Shown here piece by piece: positions 8,768-19,609 of a DNA stretch of 64,000 nucleotides. A model generated the notes under the pieces. That model was not told the DNA's origin, searched no databases, and worked only from the letters and a program-made list of their open reading frames with translations. Within the stretch, counting starts at the first letter, position 1. Each line of letters opens with the position of its first letter. The stretch spans positions 1,488 through 65,487 of the forward strand of contig JBFJOO010000012.1 of NCBI GenBank assembly GCA_041617635.1, in the 5' to 3' direction. The translations under genes were made by a program, and so were the position numbers. The stretch is from Burkholderiales bacterium (GTDB taxonomy: Bacteria > Pseudomonadota > Gammaproteobacteria > Burkholderiales > SG8-39).

Positions 8768-9784
8768 ATGAGAAAGCTCGCGATGCTCGCAATCGCGGCG
8801 GGCGTGCTGCTCGCCGCGGCAACCGAGCGTGCCGCCGCCCAGTCCACGCTCGATGCGGTCAAGGCGAAGGGTTATGTGCAGTGCGGTGTCAACGTCGGGC
8901 TTGCCGGATTCTCGCAGCCCGACTCGAAGGGGGAGTGGAAGGGAATCGACGTCGACCTGTGCCGGGCGGTCGCCGCGGCTGTGTTCGGCGACGCGTCCAA
9001 GGTGCGCTACACGCCGCTCACCGCGCAGCAGCGGTTCACCGCGCTCCAGTCGGGCGAGATCGACATCCTGTCGCGCAACACCACCTGGACCGCGACGCGC
9101 GACTCGAGCCTCGGGCTCAATTTCGCCGGCGTGATCTACTACGACGGTCAAGGCTTCATGGTGCCGCGGAAGCTCAACGTGAAGAGCGCCAAGCAGCTGA
9201 ACGGCGCGACCGTCTGCGTGCAGCCCGGCACCACGACCGAGCTCAACCTCGCGGACTACTTTCGCGCTAACAAGATGACGTTCAAGCCGGTCGTCATCGA
9301 GAAGCTCGAGGAGGTGCTGAACGCCTATTTCGCGGGACGCTGCGACGTGTACACGACCGATATTTCCGGCCTGGTGGCGGTGCGCGCCTCGCGCGCGCCG
9401 AACCCCGCCGACCACGTGATCCTGCCCGAAGTGATCTCGAAGGAGCCGCTCGGGCCGGTGGTGCGGCACGGCGACGACAAGTGGTTCGACGTCGTCAAGT
9501 GGACGCTCTTCGCGATGCTGGAGGCCGAGGAGCTTGGGCTCTCGTCCAAAACCATCGAGCAAGACGCGGCGAGCCCCAACCCCGCCATTCAGCGCTTCAC
9601 CGGCGCGACGGGCGACATCGGCAAGATGCTCGGCCTGGACAATCGCTGGGCGTTCAACATCGTGAAGCAGGTCGGCAACTACGGCGAGATCTTCGCGACC
9701 AACCTCAAGCCGCTGGGGTTCGACCGGGGGATCAACAATCTCTGGACGAACGGCGGCCTGATGTACGCCCCGCCGATCAGGTAG
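8768..9784 (+). CDS. aapJ: General L-amino acid ABC transporter substrate-binding protein
   Basis: 338 aa with a signal peptide (MRKLAMLAIAAGVLLAAATERAAA). KGYVQCGVN...GFSQPDSKGEWKGIDVD and DILSRNTTWT are typical of AapJ/BztA-type binding proteins, and two permease genes follow. Confidence 0.85.
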   Translation: MRKLAMLAIAAGVLLAAATERAAAQSTLDAVKAKGYVQCGVNVGLAGFSQPDSKGEWKGIDVDLCRAVAAAVFGDASKVRYTPLTAQQRFTALQSGEIDILSRNTTWTATRDSSLGLNFAGVIYYDGQGFMVPRKLNVKSAKQLNGATVCVQPGTTTELNLADYFRANKMTFKPVVIEKLEEVLNAYFAGRCDVYTTDISGLVAVRASRAPNPADHVILPEVISKEPLGPVVRHGDDKWFDVVKWTLFAMLEAEELGLSSKTIEQDAASPNPAIQRFTGATGDIGKMLGLDNRWAFNIVKQVGNYGEIFATNLKPLGFDRGINNLWTNGGLMYAPPIR

Positions 9785-9895
9785 CTCGTCGCGCGCGAAA
9801 CGAGATCGAAGCCGGTCGATCCGCACGTGCGGGGAACAGGGTCCCGTGACCGGCATGCCTACGGGCACGAGCCGCGATTGCCGGCGAAGAACTGA

Positions 9896-11050
9896 ATGAG
9901 GCTCTCAACCGGCGATCCGAAGCTGCGCGCGCTCGTCTACCAGGCGACGGCGATCGCCGCGGCGATCCTGTTCGGCTGGTTCCTGATCACGAACACCATC
10001 ACCAATCTCGAGGCGCGGCACATCGCAAGCGGCTTCGGGTTCCTCGCGCGCGAGGCGGGCTTCGAGATCGGCGAGACGTCGTTCATCCCGTACAGCGCGG
10101 CCGACTCCTACCTCCGGGCGCTCGCGGTCGGTTTGGCGAACACGTTTCGCGTCGCGTTGATCGGCATCGTCGCCGCGAGCGTGCTCGGCACGCTGATCGG
10201 CCTCGCGCGGCTGTCGCGCAACTGGCTGGTGGCGAAGCTCGCGGCCGGCTACGTCGAGTTTGTGCGCAACGTGCCGCTGCTGGTGCAGCTCTTTCTCTGG
10301 TACGTCGTCATCACCGAGAACCTTCCCGGCATCCGCGCAGCGCTCGAGCCGCTCCCGGGCGTGTTTCTGGCGAACCGCGGCATTTTCTTTCCGGTGCCGG
10401 CCCCGGATCCGGCTCATGGCTGGATGATCGGCGCATTCGCGGCGGGAGTCGTCGCCTCGATCGCCTTTGCGTGGTGGGCCAACCGGCGCCAGGCGCAGAC
10501 CGGCCATCGTCCGCCGGTGCTCGCGGGGGCGCTCGCCTTCTTGATCGTGCCGCCAGCGATCGCGTGGCTGGCCGGCGGCGCGCCGAGCGAGCTCAGCGTT
10601 CCCCGTCTGGAAGGCTTCAACTTCGCCGGCGGCGGAGTGCTCACGCCGGAGTTCGCCGCGCTCACCTTCGGGCTCATCACCTACACCGCGGCGTTCATCG
10701 CGGAGATCGTGCGCGCCGGCATCCTTGCAATTCATCTTGGCCAGTTCGAGGCCGCGTACGCGTTGGGGCTGCGCCGCGGGCTCGCCATGCGGCTGGTGGT
10801 GCTGCCGCAGGCGCTGCGCGTGATCGTGCCGCCCTTGACCAGCCAGTACCTCAATATCGCCAAGAACAGCTCGCTAGCGGTGGCGATCGGCTATCCCGAT
10901 CTCGTCTCGATCGCGAACACCGTGATGAACCAGACCGGCCAGGCAATTGAGGGCATCGCGATCATCATGGCGGTCTACCTCACGATCTCGCTCTCAATCT
11001 CGGTGTTCATGAACTGGTACAACGCGCGCATCGCGCTGCGGGAGCGCTAG
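9896..11050 (+). CDS. aapQ: Amino acid ABC transporter permease
   Basis: 384-aa polytopic protein. It has the EAA-type loop AYALGLRRGLAMRLVVLPQALRVIVPPLTSQYLNIAKNSSL of the HisM/HisQ-family permeases. Confidence 0.85.
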   Translation: MRLSTGDPKLRALVYQATAIAAAILFGWFLITNTITNLEARHIASGFGFLAREAGFEIGETSFIPYSAADSYLRALAVGLANTFRVALIGIVAASVLGTLIGLARLSRNWLVAKLAAGYVEFVRNVPLLVQLFLWYVVITENLPGIRAALEPLPGVFLANRGIFFPVPAPDPAHGWMIGAFAAGVVASIAFAWWANRRQAQTGHRPPVLAGALAFLIVPPAIAWLAGGAPSELSVPRLEGFNFAGGGVLTPEFAALTFGLITYTAAFIAEIVRAGILAIHLGQFEAAYALGLRRGLAMRLVVLPQALRVIVPPLTSQYLNIAKNSSLAVAIGYPDLVSIANTVMNQTGQAIEGIAIIMAVYLTISLSISVFMNWYNARIALRER

Positions 11051-11053
11051 CCA

Positions 11054-12124
11054 ATGGGCGCCGTTTCCGTCGTGCCGTGGCTGCGGGCAAATCTCTTCTC
11101 GAGCTGGCCGAATGCGCTGCTGACGATCCTCGCGCTCTGGCTGCTGTGGCGCCTGGTTCCGCCGTTCGTCGACTGGGCGTTCCTCCATGCGATCTGGCAG
11201 GCGCCGGACTCGAAGGTATGCCGCGCGGCCGCGGGCTCGGGCGCGTGCTGGGCTTTCGTCGCCGAGAAGCACCGCTTCATCCTCTTCGGCACGTATCCGT
11301 ACGGTGAGCACTGGCGGCCGGCGGCCGCGTGCGTCGTGCTCGTCGCGCTCTGGATCGTGAGCGCGCTGCGACGGTTCTGGACCTGGCGGCTCGTGCCGAT
11401 CTGGGCCGTGGGCCTCACCGCGGTCGGCGTGCTCATGTGGGGGGGCGTACCCGGCCTGCCCTACGTCGAGAATGAGCGCTGGGGCGGCCTCATCCTGACG
11501 CTGCTGCTGACGACGTTCGGTCTCGCGATCGCGTTTCCTCTGTCGATCCTGCTGGCGCTCGGCCGGCGGTCCGGCATGCCCGTGATCCAGGGGCTGTGCG
11601 TCGGGTTCATCGAGCTCATCAGGGGCGTGCCGCTCATCTCGCTCCTCTTCATGGCGTCGGTGATGCTGCCGCTCTTCCTCCCGGAAGGCGTCACGATCGA
11701 CAAGCTGCTCCGCGCGCAGATCGCGATGATCCTCTTCGCCGCCGCCTATCTCGCCGAGGTGGTGCGCGGCGGGCTGCAGGCGATTCCCCAGGGCCAGTAC
11801 GAGGCGGCCGATGCGCTCGGTCTTTCGTACTGGAGGAAGACCCTGCTCGTCGTCCTGCCGCAGGCGCTCAGGATCTCGATCCCGCCCACCGTCAACACCT
11901 TCATCGGATTCTTCAAGGACACGTCGCTCGTGCTGATCATCGGGCTCTTCGATCTCCTGTCGACGATCAAGATCTCGCTCACCGAGCCGGCCTGGAACGG
12001 CTTTGGCCTGGAGGCGTATCTTTTCGCGGCGCTCGTCTACTTCGCGTTCTGCTTCGCGATGTCGCGCTACAGCCAGAACCTCGAGCGCGAGCTTGCGAGG
12101 TCGGATGCGGGGAGCCGAAGATGA
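11054..12124 (+). CDS. aapM: Amino acid ABC transporter permease
   Basis: 356-aa polytopic protein starting 4 nt after aapQ. Its permease signature is EAADALGLSYWRKTLLVVLPQALRISIPPTVNTFIGFFKDTSL. Confidence 0.85.
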   Translation: MGAVSVVPWLRANLFSSWPNALLTILALWLLWRLVPPFVDWAFLHAIWQAPDSKVCRAAAGSGACWAFVAEKHRFILFGTYPYGEHWRPAAACVVLVALWIVSALRRFWTWRLVPIWAVGLTAVGVLMWGGVPGLPYVENERWGGLILTLLLTTFGLAIAFPLSILLALGRRSGMPVIQGLCVGFIELIRGVPLISLLFMASVMLPLFLPEGVTIDKLLRAQIAMILFAAAYLAEVVRGGLQAIPQGQYEAADALGLSYWRKTLLVVLPQALRISIPPTVNTFIGFFKDTSLVLIIGLFDLLSTIKISLTEPAWNGFGLEAYLFAALVYFAFCFAMSRYSQNLERELARSDAGSRR

Positions 12125-12146
12125 GCGGCGAGACACGCGGCGCTGC

Positions 12147-14858
12147 CTAGACCACCCGCCAGCCGATGGCGCGCACGATCCACTTCTCGAGCTCGACGAC
12201 GATGTAGAGGGAAAGCGAAACGAGCACGATGCGCAGCCAGACCTCCGGGCCGATCGGCGCAGAGTGGAACAGCGTCTGCATGAACGGCGCGTAAGTGAAG
12301 AGCATCTGCAAGCCGATTGCCGCCGCGAATGTGAGCGGCACGAATCGGTTGCCCGAAACGAAGCTGCTCGGCCACGCCGGCTCCAGCAGGAATCGCGCGC
12401 TCAGCAGGTAGAACGCCTCGAGCATCACGAGGGTGTTCACCGCCGCAGTGCGCGCCGCCTCGACGCTCGCGCCCCGCGCCTCCTCCAGGATAAACATGCC
12501 GAGCGTGACAACGGTGGCGACCACGGTCACGAGGATCGTCCGCCACAGGAAATAGCGCGAGAAGATCGGCGCCCGCGGGTCGCGTGGCGGCCGGCGCATG
12601 ACCCCGGGCTCCGACGGCTCGAACGCGAGCGCGAGCGAGAGCGTCACCGCGGTGATCATGTTGACCCACAGGATCTGCACCGGAAGGATCGGCAGCGTCA
12701 GCCCGAGCGCGATCGCCGCCATGAGCGCGCCCGCTTCCGCGCCGTTGGTAGGCATCATGAAGAGGATCGTCTTGCGCAAATTGTCGTAGACGGTGCGGCC
12801 CTCCTCCACCGCATTCGCAATCGAGGCGAAATTGTCGTCCGCGAGCACCATTTCGGCGGCCTCCTTGGCCGCCTCGGTGCCGGTGATCCCCATCGCCACG
12901 CCGATGTCGGCGCGCTTGAGGGCCGGCGCGTCGTTCACGCCGTCGCCCGTCATCGCCACCACCTCGCCGTTGGCTTGCAGGGCCTCGACGAGCCGCAGCT
13001 TGTGCTCCGGGCTCACGCGCGCGTAGACGTCGGTCTCGGGCGCGATCCGGCGCAGCGTCGCGTCGTCGGCTCGCTCGAGCTCGGCACCGGTCATTGCGGC
13101 GCGCCCGGCGCCGATGCCGAGCGCGGCGGCGATCGCCGCCGCCGTCGCGCGGTGATCGCCGGTGATCATCTTGACGCGGATGCCCGCCGACCGGCACGCC
13201 GCCACCGCGCTGATCGCCTCCGCGCGTGGCGGATCGATCATGCCGAGCAGGCCGAGCAGCGTGAGCCCGCCCTCCACATCCGCGAATCCAAGCTCGCGCA
13301 ATTCCGGGCCGACGCGCTTGAATGCCACGGCGAGTACGCGCTGGCCTTGCCCGCCAAGCGCGTCGATGCGGTGCTCCCAGACTGCACCCTGCAAGGGGCG
13401 ATCCTCGCCCGCGTGGCGTTCGTGGCTGCACAGCTCGAGCACCCGCTCCGGCGCGCCCTTGAGGTAGACGAAGGCGTGCCCGCCGAGCTCCTGGTGCAGG
13501 GTCGCCATGAAGCGGTGCTCGGACTCGAACGGGATCAAGTCGGTTCGCGGCGAGCGCGCGCTCTCGCGCGCGGCATCGAAACCGGCCTTCATCGCGACGA
13601 CCAGCAACGCGCCCTCGGTCGGATCGCCGTCCACCGACCACTCGCCGTCGCGCTGGTGCACGCAGGCGTCGTTGCAGAGCATCCCGGCGCGCACGAGCTC
13701 GAGGAGCCCAGGCTCGCCGGCGGGATCGGCGCGTGCCCCGTCCGCAAGGAAATCGCCCCGTGGCTCGTATCCTGAACCGCTCACCGAGTATTCACGGTCG
13801 GCCGTCACCGCCGACTGCACCATCATCTCGTTGCGCGTCAACGTGCCGGTCTTGTCCGAGCAGACCACCGTGACGCTCCCGAGCCCCTCGACCGCCGGCA
13901 GCAGGCGCACGATGGCATTGCGCCGCGCCATGCGTTGCACGCCGATCGCGAGCGTGATGGTCATGACGGCCGGCAGCCCCTCCGGAATGGCCGCGACCGC
14001 GAGCCCGACCGCGGCGAGGAACATGACCGACGCCGGATAGCCGCGCGCGATGCCGAGAAAGAACGTGAGCGCTGCGAGCACGAGGATCGCCAGGCTCAGC
14101 CACCGCGCGAACACCGCGATCTTGCGCAAGAGCGGCGTCTCCAGGCGCTCGACGCCGGCCAGCAGCTCCGAGATCCGGCCAATCTCGGTGCGGTCCCCGG
14201 TGGCCACCACCACGCCGCGACCCTGGCCAAACGTCACCAGCGTTCCCGAGTAAGCCATCGAGGTGCGGTCACCCAGCGCGGTGTCGTGCCCAACACGCTC
14301 GGACTGCTTCTCGACCGGCACCGATTCGCCGGTGAGCGATGCCTCGTCGATGCGCAGCGTCTTGACGCGGACGAGCCGCAGGTCCGCCGGCACGCGGTCG
14401 CCGGACTGGACCTGCACCACGTCGCCCGGCACCAGTTCCGCGGATGGGACGCTGACCAGCTGCCCGTCGCGGATGGCGAGCGCCTTGAGCGAGAGCATCG
14501 CCCGGATCGACTCGAGCGCCTGCTCCGCCTTGCCCTCCTGGATGAAGCCGACCAGCGCGTTGATCACCACCACGCCGACGATGACGCCGGTATCGACCCA
14601 CTGCCCGAGGAGCGCCGTCACCAGCGCCGCGCCCAGCAGCACGTAGATGAGCACATTGTGGAACTGCAGCAAAAAGCGCTCGAGCGCGGTGCGCCCCGGC
14701 CGCTCGGAGAGCCGGTTCGGGCCGTGCGTCGCGAGCCGCTCGCGCGCGGCTTCGGTCGAGATGCCGTTCGGCCCGCTCGCCGCGAGACGGAACGCCTCCG
14801 CGGCGTCGATCGCATGAAACGCGACCGCCGGTGGCGAGGGCGGGGGTTCGATACTCAT
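12147..14858 (-). CDS. Cation-transporting P-type ATPase (P2-like, Ca2+/Mg2+-type architecture)
   Basis: Trimmed to MSIEPPP. The phosphorylation motif is CSDKTGTLT, with TGES in the actuator domain, MITGD and [13 protein letters not shown] in the P domain, and N- and C-terminal cation-ATPase helices. Confidence 0.9.
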   Translation of the reverse strand: MSIEPPPSPPAVAFHAIDAAEAFRLAASGPNGISTEAARERLATHGPNRLSERPGRTALERFLLQFHNVLIYVLLGAALVTALLGQWVDTGVIVGVVVINALVGFIQEGKAEQALESIRAMLSLKALAIRDGQLVSVPSAELVPGDVVQVQSGDRVPADLRLVRVKTLRIDEASLTGESVPVEKQSERVGHDTALGDRTSMAYSGTLVTFGQGRGVVVATGDRTEIGRISELLAGVERLETPLLRKIAVFARWLSLAILVLAALTFFLGIARGYPASVMFLAAVGLAVAAIPEGLPAVMTITLAIGVQRMARRNAIVRLLPAVEGLGSVTVVCSDKTGTLTRNEMMVQSAVTADREYSVSGSGYEPRGDFLADGARADPAGEPGLLELVRAGMLCNDACVHQRDGEWSVDGDPTEGALLVVAMKAGFDAARESARSPRTDLIPFESEHRFMATLHQELGGHAFVYLKGAPERVLELCSHERHAGEDRPLQGAVWEHRIDALGGQGQRVLAVAFKRVGPELRELGFADVEGGLTLLGLLGMIDPPRAEAISAVAACRSAGIRVKMITGDHRATAAAIAAALGIGAGRAAMTGAELERADDATLRRIAPETDVYARVSPEHKLRLVEALQANGEVVAMTGDGVNDAPALKRADIGVAMGITGTEAAKEAAEMVLADDNFASIANAVEEGRTVYDNLRKTILFMMPTNGAEAGALMAAIALGLTLPILPVQILWVNMITAVTLSLALAFEPSEPGVMRRPPRDPRAPIFSRYFLWRTILVTVVATVVTLGMFILEEARGASVEAARTAAVNTLVMLEAFYLLSARFLLEPAWPSSFVSGNRFVPLTFAAAIGLQMLFTYAPFMQTLFHSAPIGPEVWLRIVLVSLSLYIVVELEKWIVRAIGWRVV

Positions 14859-15000
14859 TGCAGGGAAGAACCGTGATGCGCGCGAGTTCACGGCGCGCGG
14901 ACCCAAGCTTAACGGGTTCGCATGGTTCGCATCCGCAATGTCGCGTTACAGTTGCACCCTGGCGCGCAAGCCCGAAAAGGCGCGCGGCGGGGCAACGGCG

Positions 15001-15744
15001 ATGAGCGGCGAACCGATGATCCAGATGCGCAAGGTGAGCAAGTGGTTCGGCGCGTTCCAGGCGCTGAAGGACGTCGATCTCACCGTCGGCCCGGGCGAGA
15101 AGATCGTCGTGTGCGGCCCGTCGGGTTCGGGAAAGTCGACCCTGATCCGTCTGGTCAACGGGCTCGAGGTGCATCAGTCGGGCACGGTGGTCGTCGACGG
15201 CATCGAGCTCGGCGACGACCTGCGCCGGATCGAGGCGATCCGGGCCGAGGTCGGGATGGTCTTCCAGAGCTTCAACTTGTTCCCGCACATCACCGTGCTC
15301 GAGAACCTGACGCTCGCGCCGATCTGGGTGCGCAAGATGCCGAAGCAGGAAGCCGTTGCGCTCGCGATGGAGCTGCTTGAGCGGGTGAGGATTCCCGAGC
15401 AGGCGGGCAAGTACCCGGGCCAGCTATCGGGCGGGCAGCAGCAGCGGGTCGCGATCGCCCGCGCGCTCGCGATGCGCCCCAAGGTGATGCTGTTCGACGA
15501 GCCGACCTCGGCGCTCGATCCGGAGATGATCAAGGAAGTGCTCGACGTGATGATCGAGCTCGCCCGCGAAGGCATGACGATGGTGGTGGTGACGCACGAG
15601 ATGAGCTTCGCGCGCACCGTCGCCGACCGGGTCGTGTTCATGGACCAGGGCGAGATCGTCGAGGCGGCGCCTCCCGAGGCGTTCTTCGCGGCGCCGCAGA
15701 CCGATCGCGCCCGGCTGTTCCTCAGCCAGATCCTGGGGCATTGA
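15001..15744 (+). CDS. aapP: Amino acid ABC transporter ATP-binding protein
   Basis: Trimmed to [17 protein letters not shown]. It has Walker [10 protein letters not shown], the signature [15 protein letters not shown] and Walker [12 protein letters not shown]. This is the missing ATPase of the aapJQM set. Confidence 0.9.
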   Translation: MSGEPMIQMRKVSKWFGAFQALKDVDLTVGPGEKIVVCGPSGSGKSTLIRLVNGLEVHQSGTVVVDGIELGDDLRRIEAIRAEVGMVFQSFNLFPHITVLENLTLAPIWVRKMPKQEAVALAMELLERVRIPEQAGKYPGQLSGGQQQRVAIARALAMRPKVMLFDEPTSALDPEMIKEVLDVMIELAREGMTMVVVTHEMSFARTVADRVVFMDQGEIVEAAPPEAFFAAPQTDRARLFLSQILGH

Positions 15745-15864
15745 CCCTCACCCGGAGCGCCTCGGTCGGATGGCCGGCGACGGCGTTGTCAACTTGCCCG
15801 ACTCGGCCGCGTGCTTCGATATCCGCCGCGCCGGCGTCGATAAGGGTATTCTGGCCGGTCATCA

Positions 15865-16833
15865 ATGCGGGAGTCGCGGGCGATGGCTTCGGGCGGACTG
15901 GCAGTCGTGGCGATCGGGGGCAATGCGCTGATCCGCGATCAGGGGCACGAGTCGATCCCCGACCAGTACGAGATGGTGCAGCGGTTGGCCGCGGACATCG
16001 CCGGCATGATCGAGGCCGGCTGGAACGTCGTCGTGACCCACGGCAACGGCCCGCAGGTCGGCTATATCCTGCGGCGCTCCGAGCTTTCGATCGCCGAGGT
16101 GCCGCCGGTGCCGATGGACTACGCCGGCGCGGACATCCAGGGCGCAGTCGGGTACATGTTCGTCAAGGCGCTTGCCAACCAGTTCCGCCGGCGCGGCATC
16201 GACCGGCAGCCCGTGGCGATCGTCACCCAGACGGTCGTCGACCGGGATGACCCTGCATTCGCCGCACCCACCAAGCCGATCGGCTCGCACATGGACGAGG
16301 CGCGCGCGAAGCAGCTCGCCGCGCAATACGGATGGACCGTGCGCGAGGATGCCGGGCGCGGCTGGCGGCGCGTCGTCCCGTCGCCGCACCCGCAGCGGAT
16401 CGTGGAAACCGACGTCATCCGCGAGCTCGCGCACGCGGGGCGAATCGTGGTCGCGTGCGGCGGCGGCGGCATTCCCGTGATCGAGGACCAGGACGGCGAT
16501 CGCCACGGCGTCGAGGCGGTGATCGACAAGGATCTCGCATCGAGCCTCCTCGCCCGCGCGATGCGCGCCGACACGCTGATCCTGCCGACGGGCGTGGAGA
16601 AAGTGGCGCTCGACTTCAACAAGCCGACGCAGCGCTGGATCGACCGGTTGACGCTCGCGGAGGCGAAGCGGCATCATGCCGAGGACCAGTTCGACAAGGG
16701 CAGCATGGGGCCGAAAGTGGCGGCGCTGATCGATTTCGTGGGGGGCGGCGGGCGGCTCGGGCTCATCACCGATCCGCCGAACGTGACGCGGGCGCTGCGC
16801 GGCGAGACGGGCACGCGCGTCGTGCCCGACTGA
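15865..16833 (+). CDS. arcC: Carbamate kinase
   Basis: VVAIGGNAL...VVVTHGNGPQVG...PKVAALIDFV are diagnostic amino-acid-kinase / carbamate kinase motifs. An alternative start at 15883 (MASGG) has a GGGAG Shine-Dalgarno upstream. Confidence 0.85.
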   Translation: MRESRAMASGGLAVVAIGGNALIRDQGHESIPDQYEMVQRLAADIAGMIEAGWNVVVTHGNGPQVGYILRRSELSIAEVPPVPMDYAGADIQGAVGYMFVKALANQFRRRGIDRQPVAIVTQTVVDRDDPAFAAPTKPIGSHMDEARAKQLAAQYGWTVREDAGRGWRRVVPSPHPQRIVETDVIRELAHAGRIVVACGGGGIPVIEDQDGDRHGVEAVIDKDLASSLLARAMRADTLILPTGVEKVALDFNKPTQRWIDRLTLAEAKRHHAEDQFDKGSMGPKVAALIDFVGGGGRLGLITDPPNVTRALRGETGTRVVPD

Positions 16834-16944
16834 CCGATCCTTGATGGCGGTGAGGCGCCCCAAGGCGCCCCACCGGGGTCCCGTGCCCGGGTCGAAAAGC
16901 AGTACCATGAGCGCCGCAGCACCCCAACAAAGAAGGAGGAGGCC

Positions 16945-17964
16945 ATGAGGATCACGATTCGCGTTGCAATCCGCTGTCTGCTCGCGGCGGCACTCGCCGC
17001 GCCGCTCGCGGCATTTCCGCAGTCCGACGCGCTGCGCAAGCCGCTGCCCGCGCCGGTCAAGGTCAAGCAGGGCATGCTCAACGTCCCGGCGCTGTCACCG
17101 CTGTGGCTGTTGCCCGAGGAGGCGGCGAAGTACAACGTCCAGATCGAGATGGTGATGTTCCAGCGTTTCGCCGACGCACGCACGGCGCTCGTCTCCGGGG
17201 ACATCCAGATCACCGCGTTCGGGCCACAGGACATCTCGCTCGCCCTCGGACAGGGCGCGAAGAGCTTGGTCGGCGTCGCCGGCGTCGGCTCTGGCAACGA
17301 CTGCCTGGTGGTGCGCAAGGGCGACGACATCAAGGACTGGAAATCGCTCGCCGGGAAGCGCATCGGCGTCGGCGCCGGCTCGATCTCGTGGCTGAAGTTC
17401 GCGGCCTCGGTGAAGGAGAACGGCCTCAACTACGGCGACCTCAAGATCGTGAACATCGTCGGCGGCGGCGCGAACTACTTGAAGGCGTTGCGCGGCAACG
17501 AAATCGACATGGCGGTGGTTTGGCAGCCGTCGTGCGCCCAGGCGATCGTCGAGGACTGGGGCGCCTATCCGACGATCGATCACAACCGCTCGAACACCGT
17601 CGGCGGGCTGATTTCGGTGCTGGCGGTGAACCGAGACTTCATGGAAAAGAACCCTGATGCCGTGCAACGCATGGTGGTCTCCTACGTCGACGCGCTGAAG
17701 ATCGCGAGTGCCGATACCAAGCGCTGGGCCAAGATTTATGCGGAGAAGGCCGGCCTGCCCATACCGGTGGCAGAGGAGTCGATCCGCATCACGCAGCTCG
17801 ATCCGACGCTGCCGCTCGAGTCGATCAAGCGCATCTCGAAGTTCCTCTCCGACAACGGCGTGATCACGCGCGACGTCTCGGGCGAGATCGGGCAGCACTA
17901 CACCTACGAGTTCCTGTCGAAGGCGACCGGCAAGTCGGCGGAGCAGCTCGGCATCAAGCAGTAA
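16945..17964 (+). CDS. ABC transporter substrate-binding protein (NitT/TauT / NMT1-like)
   Basis: 339 aa with a signal peptide and an AAGGAGGAGG Shine-Dalgarno upstream. The NMT1/SsuA-like pattern and the matching permease and ATPase genes that follow support the call. Confidence 0.8.
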   Translation: MRITIRVAIRCLLAAALAAPLAAFPQSDALRKPLPAPVKVKQGMLNVPALSPLWLLPEEAAKYNVQIEMVMFQRFADARTALVSGDIQITAFGPQDISLALGQGAKSLVGVAGVGSGNDCLVVRKGDDIKDWKSLAGKRIGVGAGSISWLKFAASVKENGLNYGDLKIVNIVGGGANYLKALRGNEIDMAVVWQPSCAQAIVEDWGAYPTIDHNRSNTVGGLISVLAVNRDFMEKNPDAVQRMVVSYVDALKIASADTKRWAKIYAEKAGLPIPVAEESIRITQLDPTLPLESIKRISKFLSDNGVITRDVSGEIGQHYTYEFLSKATGKSAEQLGIKQ

Positions 17965-17986
17965 TCGGCGAAGCGTCGGAGGCTCC

Positions 17987-18784
17987 ATGCCCAAGGTGCT
18001 ACGCGCGCCGTGGTTCCTTTTGCTGCCGCTCGCGTTTCTCGCGCTATGGCATTTCGCCGTCGCCGAGCGCTGGGTGGTCGAGGGGATCATCCCGGCGCCG
18101 GCGCAGGTGGTCGACTCCTGGTACACATGGATCTTCGGCAGCGCCCAGGCAACGCTCTCGCCGTACTCGGGGACGTGGTTCTCCAACGCCGGGTACTCGA
18201 CACGGCGAGTCTTGCAGGGCTTCGGGCTCGCCGCGCTGATCGCAATCCCGCTCGGCCTGATGATCGGCTGGAACCGCCTGGTCGCGCGGCTAGTCGACCC
18301 GTCAATCCAGCTGTTCCGGCCGGTGCCGATCACCGCGTGGCTGCCGTTCGCCATCGCGGTGTTCGGCATCTACGACGCGAGCGCGCTGTTCCTGATCGGG
18401 CTCGGCGCCTTCTACCCGGTGGTGGTGAACACGACTCACGGCGTGCGCGACACGAACCTGCTCCTGCTCCGCGCGGCGCGCATGATGGGGGCGCGGCCGG
18501 CGACAGTGCTCGGGAAAGTGGTGTTTCCCTCCGCGCTGCCCTCGATCTTCACCGGCCTGCGGCTCGGCATCGGAGTGGCCTGGACGGCGGTGATCGTCGC
18601 CGAGATGATCGCCGTGAAGTCCGGACTGGGCTATGTACTGTGGGACGCGTACTACGTCGGGCGCATGGACATCTGCGTCGCGACCATGTTCTCGGTCGGG
18701 CTGCTCGGCTACCTCTCGGATCGCGTCATCGTCGCCGCGTCGCACTTCGTGCTGCGCTGGCGCACGCTGGAGGCGCACGAGTGA
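17987..18784 (+). CDS. ABC transporter permease (NitT/TauT family)
   Basis: 265-aa polytopic protein. The EAA-like loop is AARMMGARPATVLGKVVFPSALPSIFTGLRLGIG. Confidence 0.85.
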   Translation: MPKVLRAPWFLLLPLAFLALWHFAVAERWVVEGIIPAPAQVVDSWYTWIFGSAQATLSPYSGTWFSNAGYSTRRVLQGFGLAALIAIPLGLMIGWNRLVARLVDPSIQLFRPVPITAWLPFAIAVFGIYDASALFLIGLGAFYPVVVNTTHGVRDTNLLLLRAARMMGARPATVLGKVVFPSALPSIFTGLRLGIGVAWTAVIVAEMIAVKSGLGYVLWDAYYVGRMDICVATMFSVGLLGYLSDRVIVAASHFVLRWRTLEAHE

Positions 18785-19578
18785 GCGGGACGCCGGCGAT
18801 CGCGCTGGAGCGGGTGCGCAAGGAGTTCGTCAAGGGCGAGCGGAGCGTGCTCGCCGTCGAGGACGTCGACCTCGAGGTCGCGGACCGCGAGTTCACCGCG
18901 ATACTCGGCCCGTCGGGCTGCGGCAAGTCGACGCTGCTCAACCTGGTGGCCGGGTTCGACCAGCCGACGAGCGGCCGGGTGCTTGCGGGCGGCGCGGTGG
19001 TCGACGAGCCATCGCCCGCGCGCGGCGTCGTGTTCCAGGAGCCGGCGCTCTTTCCCTGGCTCAGCGTGTTCGACAACGTGATATTCGGCCCGAAGACCCA
19101 GGGAAAACCGGCGGCCGAGTATCGCGCGAGCGCGGCGCAGATCATCGAGCAGGTGGGCTTGAGCGGCTTCGAGTCGCACTATCCGGCGGAGCTCTCGGGC
19201 GGCATGCGCCAGCGGGTCGGCATCGCGCGCGTCCTCATCATGCAGCCGCAGATCATGCTGATGGACGAGCCCTTCGGCAGCCTGGACGCGCAGACTCGCA
19301 CGCTGATGCAGGAGCTGCTGCTCGAAGTCTGGGAGCGGCACCACCAGACGGTGCTCTTCATCACTCACGACATCGAGGAGGCGCTGCTCCTCGCCGACCG
19401 CGTGTGCGTGATGACCGCGCGACCGGGGCGCATCAAGAAGACGATCCGGGTCGGCATCGGGCGGCCGCGCTCGATTGAGGTCACCACCTCCCCGGAGTTC
19501 AACCGGCTGCGCGCCGAGGTGTTCGCGCTCATCCGCGAAGAGAGCCAGCGGGCGGCCACCGAGAGCGCGCGCGCCTGA
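18781..19578 (+). CDS. ABC transporter ATP-binding protein (NitT/TauT family)
   Basis: The GTG start overlaps the permease stop (GTGA). It has Walker A GPSGCGKST, the signature LSGGMRQRVGIARVL and Walker B LMDEPFGSLD. Confidence 0.9.
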   Translation: MSGTPAIALERVRKEFVKGERSVLAVEDVDLEVADREFTAILGPSGCGKSTLLNLVAGFDQPTSGRVLAGGAVVDEPSPARGVVFQEPALFPWLSVFDNVIFGPKTQGKPAAEYRASAAQIIEQVGLSGFESHYPAELSGGMRQRVGIARVLIMQPQIMLMDEPFGSLDAQTRTLMQELLLEVWERHHQTVLFITHDIEEALLLADRVCVMTARPGRIKKTIRVGIGRPRSIEVTTSPEFNRLRAEVFALIREESQRAATESARA

Positions 19579-19609
19579 GCCGAGCTCAGGCATGCGGCCC
19601 GACCGCGCG

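Noticed and set aside
7754-9868. A 704-aa minus-strand ORF that would overlap aapJ.
   Set aside because: Only the 3-prime 293 codons (from MPHATASDG at 8635) read as a real alpha/beta hydrolase. The upstream 411 codons are junk composition antisense to the well-supported aapJ gene.
9785-9895. Candidate rho-independent terminators or hairpins after aapJ. Similar short GC stems occur at about 37009-37029 and about 57020-57040.
   Set aside because: The stems are only 5-6 bp with no following T-tract. In this GC background such hairpins occur by chance, so I did not report them as features.
12147-14858. The P-type ATPase as a mobile insertion that splits the aap operon.
   Set aside because: No transposase, integrase, flanking inverted or direct repeats, or compositional shift was seen. 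I kept it only as a low-interest synteny note.
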